From positions 1 through 64,000 of the forward strand of contig JBHLPH010000002.1 in assembly GCA_048939625.1 (NCBI GenBank): a DNA stretch of 64,000 nt, written 5' to 3'. The DNA comes from Promethearchaeota archaeon (GTDB lineage Archaea; Asgardarchaeota; Hermodarchaeia; Hermodarchaeales; Hermodarchaeaceae). Shown here piece after piece: positions 37,559 to 46,353 of this stretch. The notes under the pieces were generated by a model. It did not search any database. It saw only the letters and a program-made list of their open reading frames with translations, and had not been told where the DNA came from. The position numbers and the translations under genes were made by a program. The first letter of the stretch is position 1, and every line of letters begins with the position of its first letter.

Positions 37559-38650
37559 ATGCCCACTGAGTTACCTGAGGAGCCAAGTAATTCTTCTGAA
37601 AAGAAATGGAGATTCCGCAGACCAGGAGAGCAAACCAAGGAGTCTGCAATGGAAACAGTTGAGGAGCCATCCATTGATGATTCTGAAACAATCGTGGAGG
37701 AGTCTTCTGAAGAAGCGGATTTTGAAATCGATGATGAATCCATAGAAGTAGAATCAGTCAGCCAAGAAGATGAAGTGATTATTGAACGGTCTGATGAGGA
37801 ACTAGTTGAGGAAAGCACCGAAGAAGAGGAAAGTCCTCTAGAGGAAGTTGAGGATACTTTCGTAGCAGCTGAGAGGGAAGAAGCCAGTGAAGAAAACCAG
37901 AAACTTACTCAACAGGTTGCTGATTTGCTTCAGCAAGTTGAGGAGATTAATACTAAGAAAATTGCTCTGTCAGATCAGGTTAAGGATCTGAGTGAGCAAC
38001 TGGACCAAGCGAACAATGATAATGCTGAACGCCAAGAACAAATATCTCAATTGCAAGAGAAACTCGATGAAATGATCGCCAGCGATAAGGAGAAATCCAA
38101 ACAGCTCAAAGACATGAGCACAAAATTATCATCAACAGAACAGACGAATATGAAATTAGAAGAGGACATTAAGACAGCAGAAAACACTGCAAAAGAAAGA
38201 GAAGAGCATCTGTTAACTCAACTGGAAGCCATGGCTGAACGCATGGGGAAATTACGCGAGGTCGTGAAAAAGCGTGATGAAGAGCTACTGGCTCTGCAAA
38301 AGGATATACTCGTGAAAAAAGATATTGCTCAAGATGCACAGGAAGAAGTGTCACAGCTCAGAACTGTGAGTATTGTACAACGTGAAGCAGTGCAGGACAC
38401 AACCGTCCTGCAGCGGCGAGTCACTGATCTGGAAGTCGAACTTGAGCGGTTGAAGAAAGCCCTCGAAAAAGATCCCAAGTACCGAATATACATGTTAGTA
38501 CGTGAAACAGGTCAGCGAACCCTCGAAGAACTCAGTAAAATCCTAGGTGTTGGTGTCTATGAGGCACGGCGTCGAGTCCAAGAGTTAGTTCGCGGGGGAT
38601 TATTGGAACTGAAAGACGAAACAGTCACAATTAAACGACGGGGCAAGTAA
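37559..38650 (+). CDS. Hypothetical protein: acidic disordered N-terminus, long coiled coil, C-terminal winged helix
   Basis: E/D/S-rich residues ~25-110, heptads ~110-305, then KYRIYMLVRETGQRTLEELSKILGV...ARRRVQELVRGGLL. Confidence 0.75.
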   Translation: MPTELPEEPSNSSEKKWRFRRPGEQTKESAMETVEEPSIDDSETIVEESSEEADFEIDDESIEVESVSQEDEVIIERSDEELVEESTEEEESPLEEVEDTFVAAEREEASEENQKLTQQVADLLQQVEEINTKKIALSDQVKDLSEQLDQANNDNAERQEQISQLQEKLDEMIASDKEKSKQLKDMSTKLSSTEQTNMKLEEDIKTAENTAKEREEHLLTQLEAMAERMGKLREVVKKRDEELLALQKDILVKKDIAQDAQEEVSQLRTVSIVQREAVQDTTVLQRRVTDLEVELERLKKALEKDPKYRIYMLVRETGQRTLEELSKILGVGVYEARRRVQELVRGGLLELKDETVTIKRRGK

Positions 38651-38735
38651 ACAAAGGCAAGTTTTCAATCTTTTAATACCCCCTCCAATACATACATGAA
38701 CAACTCCTCCTAATCATCGGAGGGTTCGAAGCCAA

Positions 38736-39752
38736 ATGATCCAGGTGTATTACACACAAAAAGATGAGTTCCACAAACTGGCAAAAAGCGAGGATTTTCA
38801 AAAAATCTGGCGTGATACAGACTTCATTTGGCTTTCTGCAATAAATCCAACCGCAGAAGAATACAATCAACTCGGTTTGTTTTTATCCGTTGATTCCAAA
38901 AGCCTTTCACGGGTTTTTGAACGAACCCTTGAAGGTCGGTATCACCGTTTCTACGATTACTCAGCATTCCACGTCCCCACCGTAATTGCCAAACCAGTTC
39001 AACTTTTAGAACCCGTCTTAATCCTTTTAGGAGAGAAAATGGTTGCCACGGTTGGAAAGAACATTCCACCGGATGCCATTGAAGAAGTTGAACAAACACT
39101 GCGAAACCTTGTATCCGCTGGAATGGAAATTTCGCCTTCTTTGGTTTCCGTTCGTATTGTACAAGAGCTCATTGAAAGGAATACCCTCATCATTAACCAA
39201 ATTATTGAAGCAACAAAGGAACTGGAATCAAAATACGCTGACATTAACATTAACACATTATTAGCGGAGATTCAACGAATTCGCGCCCTTCAAAACGAAT
39301 TCTATCAACATCTTACAACCCAGCGACATTTTGTAGACATGATGCTACAACACGTTCCACGATACCTCCACCTCAATGATGAACTACGAGCACTCCTTGA
39401 CACAACTATTGGCGAATTAGAACGCCAACAACAGTCACTAGAAATCAATGCCCGTAACCTGACGGACCTAGTTTCATTGCATTCGATTTTACTCGCCAAT
39501 CGGTTGAACCGAATAATCGTCATCCTTACTGCAATCACAGTGACTGTGGCCGTACCCTCTCTGATAGCCAATATTTTAGGCATGTATAACATTTTTTGGC
39601 CATTCCCAATCCTCTATCTTCCAAATGGGATTCCAATCTATACATGGCAAATCCAATTATCAATCATGATTCCTGCAATCCTTATACCCATTGCGTGGGT
39701 AATAAGGAAAGGCTGGATTGGATTCTCAGCGCCTCCCCGGGAAAAGAAATAA
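38736..39752 (+). CDS. CorA-family divalent cation transporter
   Basis: W-x-x-x-x-NPT N-terminus, long stalk helix, N-LNRIIVILTAIT...P-LIANILGM and two C-terminal TM segments; signature reads GMY rather than GMN. Confidence 0.85.
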   Translation: MIQVYYTQKDEFHKLAKSEDFQKIWRDTDFIWLSAINPTAEEYNQLGLFLSVDSKSLSRVFERTLEGRYHRFYDYSAFHVPTVIAKPVQLLEPVLILLGEKMVATVGKNIPPDAIEEVEQTLRNLVSAGMEISPSLVSVRIVQELIERNTLIINQIIEATKELESKYADININTLLAEIQRIRALQNEFYQHLTTQRHFVDMMLQHVPRYLHLNDELRALLDTTIGELERQQQSLEINARNLTDLVSLHSILLANRLNRIIVILTAITVTVAVPSLIANILGMYNIFWPFPILYLPNGIPIYTWQIQLSIMIPAILIPIAWVIRKGWIGFSAPPREKK

Positions 39753-39807
39753 GGAATCTCCAAAGCTCTCAGAATCTGAGATACCAAACATCAAGGTCGA
39801 ATGAATT

Positions 39808-40716
39808 ATGACTGAATCCAGTAAAATTACCTCGTTGGCTAATCTAATAGGTCAAAACATCACGGATGGATGTCACATCTATTTAGAGGGAATCCTAGCA
39901 AATCGATTACCCATGGCCGCAATCCATGAAATCATTCGTGCACAGGCTAAGAAGTTACGTATAGTAAGTGCACCTAACAGTATTGGTGTCGATCAGCTCA
40001 TTGGTGCAGGCTTGATTTCAGAACTTGAATTCTACTTCCTTGGCGTGATGACCAAGAACGGGTTTTCGACAATGCGGCGCTTTCGAGAGGCAGCTGAAAG
40101 TGGAATGATTGATGTGAAAGAAAGCATGGGTTATGCGATTTGTATGGCTTTACGAGCAGGAGCATATGGCATTCCCTTCATTCCACTACCAGATTTCAGA
40201 GGGTCCGATTTGCTTTCAAGCCGTGAGGATTATCACATTTTACCCTCTCCCTACAATTCAACAGAAACGGTCATTACAGTCCCAGCTCTGTGCCCTGATA
40301 TCTTGTTGCTTCATGCACATAAGGCTGATACAAAAGGAAATGTAGTCCTTGATGAACCGTGGACGGCCTTCACTCTAACGACAGCTCAAGCGTGTAAGAG
40401 AGTGCTGGTCACCGTTGAAGAAATTGTTGAGCCAGACACCTTAAATCCCAAGCATATCACCATTCCCCATTTCTTGGTCGATGCCATTGCGCATGTTCCT
40501 TATGGGGCAGCTCCTACAGCCCTAAATCAAAAATATGAAATCGATATGACTCACTTCGCTTACTATCAAGATATGGCCCAAACCAAAGAACAGTTTGCCC
40601 AATATTTACAGTCCTATGTGTTAGAATGCTCAAATCATGCAGCCTTTCTTGAGAAGGTAGGTTTACCACCTCCTTGGAAAACCACCTCAGAAATTAATTC
40701 GGGGGAAAATAAGTGA
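39808..40716 (+). CDS. CoA-transferase-fold subunit A (GctA/AibA-like)
   Basis: PMAAIHEIIR, DQLIGAG, LRAGAYGIPF, GSDL, HAHKAD-KGN, VTVEEIV, PYGAAP. Confidence 0.88.
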   Translation: MTESSKITSLANLIGQNITDGCHIYLEGILANRLPMAAIHEIIRAQAKKLRIVSAPNSIGVDQLIGAGLISELEFYFLGVMTKNGFSTMRRFREAAESGMIDVKESMGYAICMALRAGAYGIPFIPLPDFRGSDLLSSREDYHILPSPYNSTETVITVPALCPDILLLHAHKADTKGNVVLDEPWTAFTLTTAQACKRVLVTVEEIVEPDTLNPKHITIPHFLVDAIAHVPYGAAPTALNQKYEIDMTHFAYYQDMAQTKEQFAQYLQSYVLECSNHAAFLEKVGLPPPWKTTSEINSGENK

Positions 40717-41501
40717 ACGCCCCAGCAAAAGACTACTCTTTTGATGAACTCATCATTTCAACGCTTGCCCGTCAGCTAAAGAATGGAGAGCGGGTCTTTA
40801 CTGGAGTGGCTAGCCCTGTCCAAATGATAGCAACACTATTAGCGCGGGCAACACATGCTCCCGATTTATTATATTTCACAATACTAGGCACTATTAATCC
40901 GAAACCCCAGGTGCTACCCTACTCCACAGGTGATCCCCATCTTTTTGATAGATGTGAAAATGCAATCACTTTTCCTGAAATATTCGATTTAGCGAATAAA
41001 GGACGCATGGATGTAGCTTTTTTGGGTGGAGTCCAGATTGACCAATTTGGCAGCTTAAACATGAGCATAATTGGTTCCGACCCTCACCACCCAAAGGTAC
41101 GATTACCTGGTGGAGCAGGAGGACCGCTCATGATCCGAAGTTTCCGTCGCATCATTTCATGGCGACCAAACCACAGTTCGAAAAACTTAGTTAAGGAAGT
41201 ACCATTCGTTACGAGCCCCGGGTGGATTCCTATAGCAAAGGGTCCACGTCATGGAGGACCAGATATTATTGTAACTGACCTATGTATTTTCCAGTTTGAT
41301 CGGAGCTCCAAACGTATTATTCTCAAATCTGTTCATCCGGGTGTAAAATTACAAGATGTTCTAGAAAACACTGGATTTCAATTCAAAATTTCTGAAAAGA
41401 TTGCTGAAACAGCACCCCCTTCAAAGCGGGAAATCGAGATTCTCTCATCACAAATTGACCCAGACAACATGCGGAGAACCTTGCTTTCCCCTCCCAAATG
41501 A
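40713..41501 (+). CDS. CoA-transferase-fold subunit B (GctB/AibB-like)
   Basis: ARATHAP, FLGGVQIDQFGSLN, PKVRLPGGAG, FVTSPG, SVHPGV...ENTGF; overlaps the subunit A stop. Confidence 0.88.
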   Translation: MNAPAKDYSFDELIISTLARQLKNGERVFTGVASPVQMIATLLARATHAPDLLYFTILGTINPKPQVLPYSTGDPHLFDRCENAITFPEIFDLANKGRMDVAFLGGVQIDQFGSLNMSIIGSDPHHPKVRLPGGAGGPLMIRSFRRIISWRPNHSSKNLVKEVPFVTSPGWIPIAKGPRHGGPDIIVTDLCIFQFDRSSKRIILKSVHPGVKLQDVLENTGFQFKISEKIAETAPPSKREIEILSSQIDPDNMRRTLLSPPK

Positions 41502-41587
41502 GGTTAAAGAAACCGAGAGGACACAAATGTTTATAAGTTGTTTATCCACTGTCGCGAAGCGAGCGCGGGAAATCCATAACCTAGTTC

Positions 41588-42154
41588 ATGGTGAGAGTTG
41601 TGTTAACAGACAAGCAGTTTAGTTATCTCAAGCGGCTTATCGAACGGCGCGGGTATGAAATCACCAAACGTGTAGAAGGCGAAAAAGAAGGCATTGCTGA
41701 TGTTCATGCGAAATCAACCAAGAAACCCAAAGATACACTCCTCGTGCGTATTATTCTTGATACTCCAACAGTAGGAGTGGAAATTCTTCGAAATACCATC
41801 AAAGAGCGAGATAATGGCGAATTCACGCATGCCATCATCATAGGGGGCGAGCGGTACACTTACGCAGCGCGACGCGAAGCCAAAGAAATGGATGTTGAAC
41901 TGCTACACCGTCGTTTTCTCTCAATTGATTTGTTCCTTCATGATTTGGTACCCGAACATGACATCATTACAGAGAAAGAAATCGAAGAGATTGAAAAGAA
42001 ATACGGAATACACCGAGAGAAATTACCGAAAATTAAAGCTGGAGATCCGGCAGCGAAGGCGATTGGTGCCCGTCCCGGTGACGTGATTCGGATTGTTCGT
42101 GCAAAATCTGAAACAGCGGGTAACCATGAAGTGTACCGGTATTGTGTAGCCTAG
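41588..42154 (+). CDS. rpo5: RNA polymerase subunit Rpo5/RPB5 with N-terminal jaw-like domain
   Basis: C-terminal HDLVPEH, LPKIKAGDP, GDVIRIVR, SETAG, YRYC; extra ~110-aa N-terminal domain with RRGY and TVGV motifs. Confidence 0.9.
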   Translation: MVRVVLTDKQFSYLKRLIERRGYEITKRVEGEKEGIADVHAKSTKKPKDTLLVRIILDTPTVGVEILRNTIKERDNGEFTHAIIIGGERYTYAARREAKEMDVELLHRRFLSIDLFLHDLVPEHDIITEKEIEEIEKKYGIHREKLPKIKAGDPAAKAIGARPGDVIRIVRAKSETAGNHEVYRYCVA

Positions 42155-43170
42155 CCTTCAAGTTTCTCGAAGTCTTTTAGGAATTTTGTTAGTTCCATTT
42201 CTGTTGGAAGAGCAGTCATTGCACCCATTTTAGTGATTACCAACGATGCAACGGCAGTACCCCATAATACAGCTTTCTGAAAGGGTAACTGACGGACAAG
42301 GCCTGCTAATAGTCCAGCGTCATAGCCATCCCCAGCACCTGTAGTATCGACTACCTGAACCGGATATGGAGATTGAAAATATCCTTGCGTTTCACCACTG
42401 GAAGTTCTCTGAGAATTATAACTTCCTTGGCGCCCCCGTTTTACGCAGACAGTAGAAGGCCCATTTTCATGAGCAAGTAGAACCGCTGTATTAAGATCTG
42501 TTGTGTTCATTAGTATCGTCAATTCTTCTTCGGAGGGTAGAAAGATATCAGTATATTCAAGGAGTTCACGAATTGTATTCCGGCATTCCTTGATTCCTTT
42601 TTGCCAGAGAGCTAACCTGAGATTTGGATCAAAGGTGATTGTGGCACCATAATCGTGAGCAGTCTTTACGGCATACAAGGTTGCATCTCGGCTTGGTTGG
42701 CGAGTTAAACTTACACCTCCGACGTGAAGGTACTGGATGTTCTGTAACCAGTCGTGGGGTATATCGGTTTTCTGCAGGAGAATATCAGCACAAGGATTGC
42801 GATAAAAGAGAAAGTCTCGGTCGCCACTGGCAGACCGACTGACGAAGGTTAATGCCGTTGGGGCTTCGGTTGTCTGGGTAATCCCGTCCGTATTAACACG
42901 GTTTTGTTCTAATTGGGTTTTTACAAAATCCCCAAAGATATCAGTGCCGATTTTACCGATGAACCCAGTTGCCACATTTAAGCGTGCAAGGCCAACGGCA
43001 ACATTAGCTGGTGCCCCACCAGGATATTTATGGAAAGAACGAACAACGTTCAGGGTTCCGGTTTCTTTGGCGATGAAGTCGATAAGGGCCTCACCCAAGC
43101 AAGCGACGATGGGAGAACCTTTTTTTATGGAATAAGGAGTCATCAAAGGACCATTTCTTGTTTTATACAT
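42151..43170 (-). CDS. PfkB-family carbohydrate kinase (fructokinase-like)
   Basis: GEALIDF, PGGAPANVA, FDPNLR, VDTTGAGDGY; the true start may be the second Met. Confidence 0.93.
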   Translation of the reverse strand: MYKTRNGPLMTPYSIKKGSPIVACLGEALIDFIAKETGTLNVVRSFHKYPGGAPANVAVGLARLNVATGFIGKIGTDIFGDFVKTQLEQNRVNTDGITQTTEAPTALTFVSRSASGDRDFLFYRNPCADILLQKTDIPHDWLQNIQYLHVGGVSLTRQPSRDATLYAVKTAHDYGATITFDPNLRLALWQKGIKECRNTIRELLEYTDIFLPSEEELTILMNTTDLNTAVLLAHENGPSTVCVKRGRQGSYNSQRTSSGETQGYFQSPYPVQVVDTTGAGDGYDAGLLAGLVRQLPFQKAVLWGTAVASLVITKMGAMTALPTEMELTKFLKDFEKLEG

Positions 43171-43940
43171 TAAAATGTAAACTTCGTGTTATCTGAACCG
43201 ACATGAATCTCTCCCGCAAAATATCTTGCAGCTCCAGCGAATAAACTATGGTCATCTCGAGCCCGAGCGCGACTAGTATGGATTAAAACTAGCGTTTCTA
43301 CTCCTGCTTTAGCTGCATCCAGACCTGCACCTTCGGGACTGGAATGTCCTTTTGTGGCAGCGAAGTTATGGACAGCGGTGGGGAAAGTGGCGTCATGGAA
43401 TAGGGCCTTCGCGTCTTTGGCTAAAGCAAGGAGTGTTTTACAGTTTGGAGCTGTGTCTGGCACGATAACTACTTTTGTGTCACCCTGAATGATGCCGTAT
43501 CCCGCCGCCATTGTAGTATGACAAGCTGCTGCAGCCCACATTTCAGTGTTTGATTTAGGGAGCGTTATGAGATATTCTGGTTCATCAGGTGTAAAGGTTT
43601 CAAAATTAACGAAATCCGGAACCCCCGACGGATTATAGAACCGAATGAATCCGATAATATGATAAAATGCATTTTCAGGACAGAAAATCGTTAAAGGCTT
43701 TTTTCGGTGATTTCGTTTCATCCGACTAAGTAATGCACCTAGAAACATAATATGATCGGGGTGCCGATGTGTAATGAAGATATGACTTACTGAGAGAACA
43801 TCTTTTCGTCGTCCAAGTAGTCGCCGTGTCCCAGCATCGATAAGAATGCGATCGCCTTTTCCAAGGTTAATAAGGAAACTCGACCAGCTCCCCTTGATTG
43901 TGGGGATGAATGATGAGCTTCCTAAAACTTCAATTTGCAT
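43170..43940 (-). CDS. RNase Z/BN-like metallo-beta-lactamase
   Basis: LIDAG, THRHPDH, PDT, HDATF, GHSS, LIH. Confidence 0.8.
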   Translation of the reverse strand: MQIEVLGSSSFIPTIKGSWSSFLINLGKGDRILIDAGTRRLLGRRKDVLSVSHIFITHRHPDHIMFLGALLSRMKRNHRKKPLTIFCPENAFYHIIGFIRFYNPSGVPDFVNFETFTPDEPEYLITLPKSNTEMWAAAACHTTMAAGYGIIQGDTKVVIVPDTAPNCKTLLALAKDAKALFHDATFPTAVHNFAATKGHSSPEGAGLDAAKAGVETLVLIHTSRARARDDHSLFAGAARYFAGEIHVGSDNTKFTF

Positions 43941-44027
43941 GGCGAATGGTCACAACCAGTTTATTTGAGTTCTAGCTCCGATGGGCAATAGGGGGTTTCT
44001 TATTCTAAAAGATTGAGGACTTACAGT

Positions 44028-44636
44028 TCAGTCATTTTCGGCTGAGTCATCCATTTCTGTCGGAATTTCCTCTGCTGAAATCGAGGGAGTTGCGGCGGTC
44101 TCCATCCGGGTAATTGTATAGAGGATACTTGCTAACAGCCATGTGGAATCTGAGTCAAGATGGCATTCAATTTGGTAGTGTAATGGCGCGGGTTTGTCTT
44201 TGAATCGAAGGCGACCAACAGAGGTTGTGGGTGTGCAGAGATGGACAATTTCGGGAGTGAGGGGGATGAAGCGGGCTATCACCTTCCGAGAAGATTCACG
44301 AACAAGAATAGTGGAAGAGGGGAGAGTTAGAAGAATGGATAATTGTTCTAGGTGACCTTTGTAGAGTGAGAATCGAGGAATACCATTAATAGAGGTTGAT
44401 TTGATTTTCATCGGAGGTGCTTTAGCCGGTTTGTAAGAGTGAAGCGTGTAAGAAATCGGTTTAGTAGGCTTTCTGGTCACTTTGTGAAATAGGGTTTGTT
44501 CCTTGTCCCTGACTTCAAGTTTCCAACCATTTGGATGCAGCAAAGGAGTCAGAATATACTGAAAGGGGCGTTGTGAGGCTGAGGAAGGTGGTGACACTTT
44601 CCCGAGTTCATCAGTATATGGCATAGAAGCAACCAC
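44028..44636 (-). CDS. Hypothetical protein, possible LURP-one/scramblase (tubby-like) fold
   Basis: Series of short beta-strand-like segments ending in YQIE...WLLASILY hydrophobic helix; weak. Confidence 0.45.
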   Translation of the reverse strand: MVASMPYTDELGKVSPPSSASQRPFQYILTPLLHPNGWKLEVRDKEQTLFHKVTRKPTKPISYTLHSYKPAKAPPMKIKSTSINGIPRFSLYKGHLEQLSILLTLPSSTILVRESSRKVIARFIPLTPEIVHLCTPTTSVGRLRFKDKPAPLHYQIECHLDSDSTWLLASILYTITRMETAATPSISAEEIPTEMDDSAEND

Positions 44637-44644
44637 AGAGGCTT

Positions 44645-46252
44645 TTAGGGGAGAGGTGGGGTGATTCTTTCACCTCGTGGATATTCAACCTGAAAGGAGT
44701 AGTTGATTTTGGTTTCTCCCTCTTTGGGGATTTCGATTTCCCAAGTGAGGATACCTAACTCATTTTTATTCGGTTGTGGGGAAAACTTCTGGTCCTCAAT
44801 TTTGATGATTTCTGAATCGCTGTGGGGGATCCGATCCATGATTTTGATTGCACTCATTTTTGAGCGGAAGTTTTTGATGGTTAATTCGTAAGCATAGTCT
44901 CGGGCTACATTGCCTTTCAGCAATCCCTTCTTTTCAGTACTCTTGGAAACGAGTTTCTTTTCCACTTTTAGATCGTAGGAGAAGCGCATGCCTACATCGA
45001 CTTTTTCGTTGGGTGCGATGAGTCCAAGATGAGTTTCACCGAGGTATTCATCTTGGAAGTAGATTCGAGCCCGTCCAGGGAGCAACACACTGGCACCATT
45101 TTCAATCGTAGTTACTTCAATGGCCTCAGCAAAATCTACCGCGTTCCAAAAGAATTTTCGTTCAGCTTCAAGAGTAAGTTGACTGGTTGGAAAAGCATGG
45201 GGCTCACCATCCGCTGCGACCTTCACAGGATCTGGTAATAAAAACACATAAACGCCACCTACTTCCATTGCAGTTGCAGTGACAGGTGGAGGCGCCATAT
45301 CGGGGAGTGGTTCTTCTGGTACCATTTCTAATTCGGCAACTTCAAATTCATCAGTTGCAGCTCCAGAGGCAGCAGGTGCAGCCATTTTCGCAGCCTTCAT
45401 CCTTTCCCGTCGTGGTGCCGGGGGTGGAGGATGATAGATTGAAACAAAGTAGGGTGAAGGCTCAGTGATTGATGCAGTACGTCTAGAGGCTGTTGATACG
45501 GTAAGATTCACTTTCTCCCAGTCTTCTTGAGTGTTATTCTGAACCACCGTGTACATGGTGACTTCGGTTGAGTCCTCAGAGAGAACGAAATCATATGTAG
45601 GCTCCCAGTAGGCATTACTGACAAAATAGGAGATGTTAAACTCACATTTACCTAACTTATGGGCATCAACATTTACGAACACGCTGTTGCTAATTTCGTA
45701 TTGATTCATTTCACTTCGAAACTTTTCGATTTCACGGTTCAGGATCGCGATTTCCTTCTGGATATCTTCCCGCTTTTCTTGAAGTTTCATTTGTGATTGG
45801 GTGAGTGAATCAACTTGTGTCGTCACCAAAGTTTCTAGCGAGCTAAGTTGGTCAACATTACTTTCGCCTGCAGGGATCCACCGGGAAAATTCACCTGCAG
45901 AGTTATCCAGAACTTGTGTATAGAAGTTCATCCGACGGGTTAATCGTTGGAGTTCACTTTGAATTGATGTAAGTTGCTTTTGTAAATTTTCACGTTTCTT
46001 GATGAGGGTGTCAAGTTTATCATAACCGCTTACCTCGACAGTTGTGTCAACCGTGTCGAAACTCACAATGGTGGCGTGGCCACGCCCGGATACTCGTACA
46101 CTTTCCTTGTCTAAAAAGCGGGTGAGATTTGCGATTTCAAGTTTATGGGCGCCGGGTTTTAATTCAATATGTCCTGTCCGTTCGATTTTGGCACCATTTC
46201 GATAAATCGTGACAGCTTTAATTTTGGTATCAAGTTTAGGTAATTTTGCCAT
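44645..46252 (-). CDS. DUF4140/DUF4139 (MuiA-like) protein
   Basis: VTIYRNGAKIER, ESVRVSG, coiled coil, SYFV-NAYW-P-YD, QNNTQEDW-V-LT-ST. Confidence 0.88.
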   Translation of the reverse strand: MAKLPKLDTKIKAVTIYRNGAKIERTGHIELKPGAHKLEIANLTRFLDKESVRVSGRGHATIVSFDTVDTTVEVSGYDKLDTLIKKRENLQKQLTSIQSELQRLTRRMNFYTQVLDNSAGEFSRWIPAGESNVDQLSSLETLVTTQVDSLTQSQMKLQEKREDIQKEIAILNREIEKFRSEMNQYEISNSVFVNVDAHKLGKCEFNISYFVSNAYWEPTYDFVLSEDSTEVTMYTVVQNNTQEDWEKVNLTVSTASRRTASITEPSPYFVSIYHPPPPAPRRERMKAAKMAAPAASGAATDEFEVAELEMVPEEPLPDMAPPPVTATAMEVGGVYVFLLPDPVKVAADGEPHAFPTSQLTLEAERKFFWNAVDFAEAIEVTTIENGASVLLPGRARIYFQDEYLGETHLGLIAPNEKVDVGMRFSYDLKVEKKLVSKSTEKKGLLKGNVARDYAYELTIKNFRSKMSAIKIMDRIPHSDSEIIKIEDQKFSPQPNKNELGILTWEIEIPKEGETKINYSFQVEYPRGERITPPLP

Positions 46253-46353
46253 GTCCGTCTACCTCGATATTCAAAGAATCTGAGACTGTCTTTCAGGCTA
46301 GGAATTCATCCGTAAAAACCTTCTGGGTCTTTTTCCTATTCTAAGAGAATCAG

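Noticed and set aside
37640-37900. GAA/GAG-rich low-complexity tract as a DNA repeat
   Set aside because: Explained by the Glu-rich coding sequence; no fixed repeat unit
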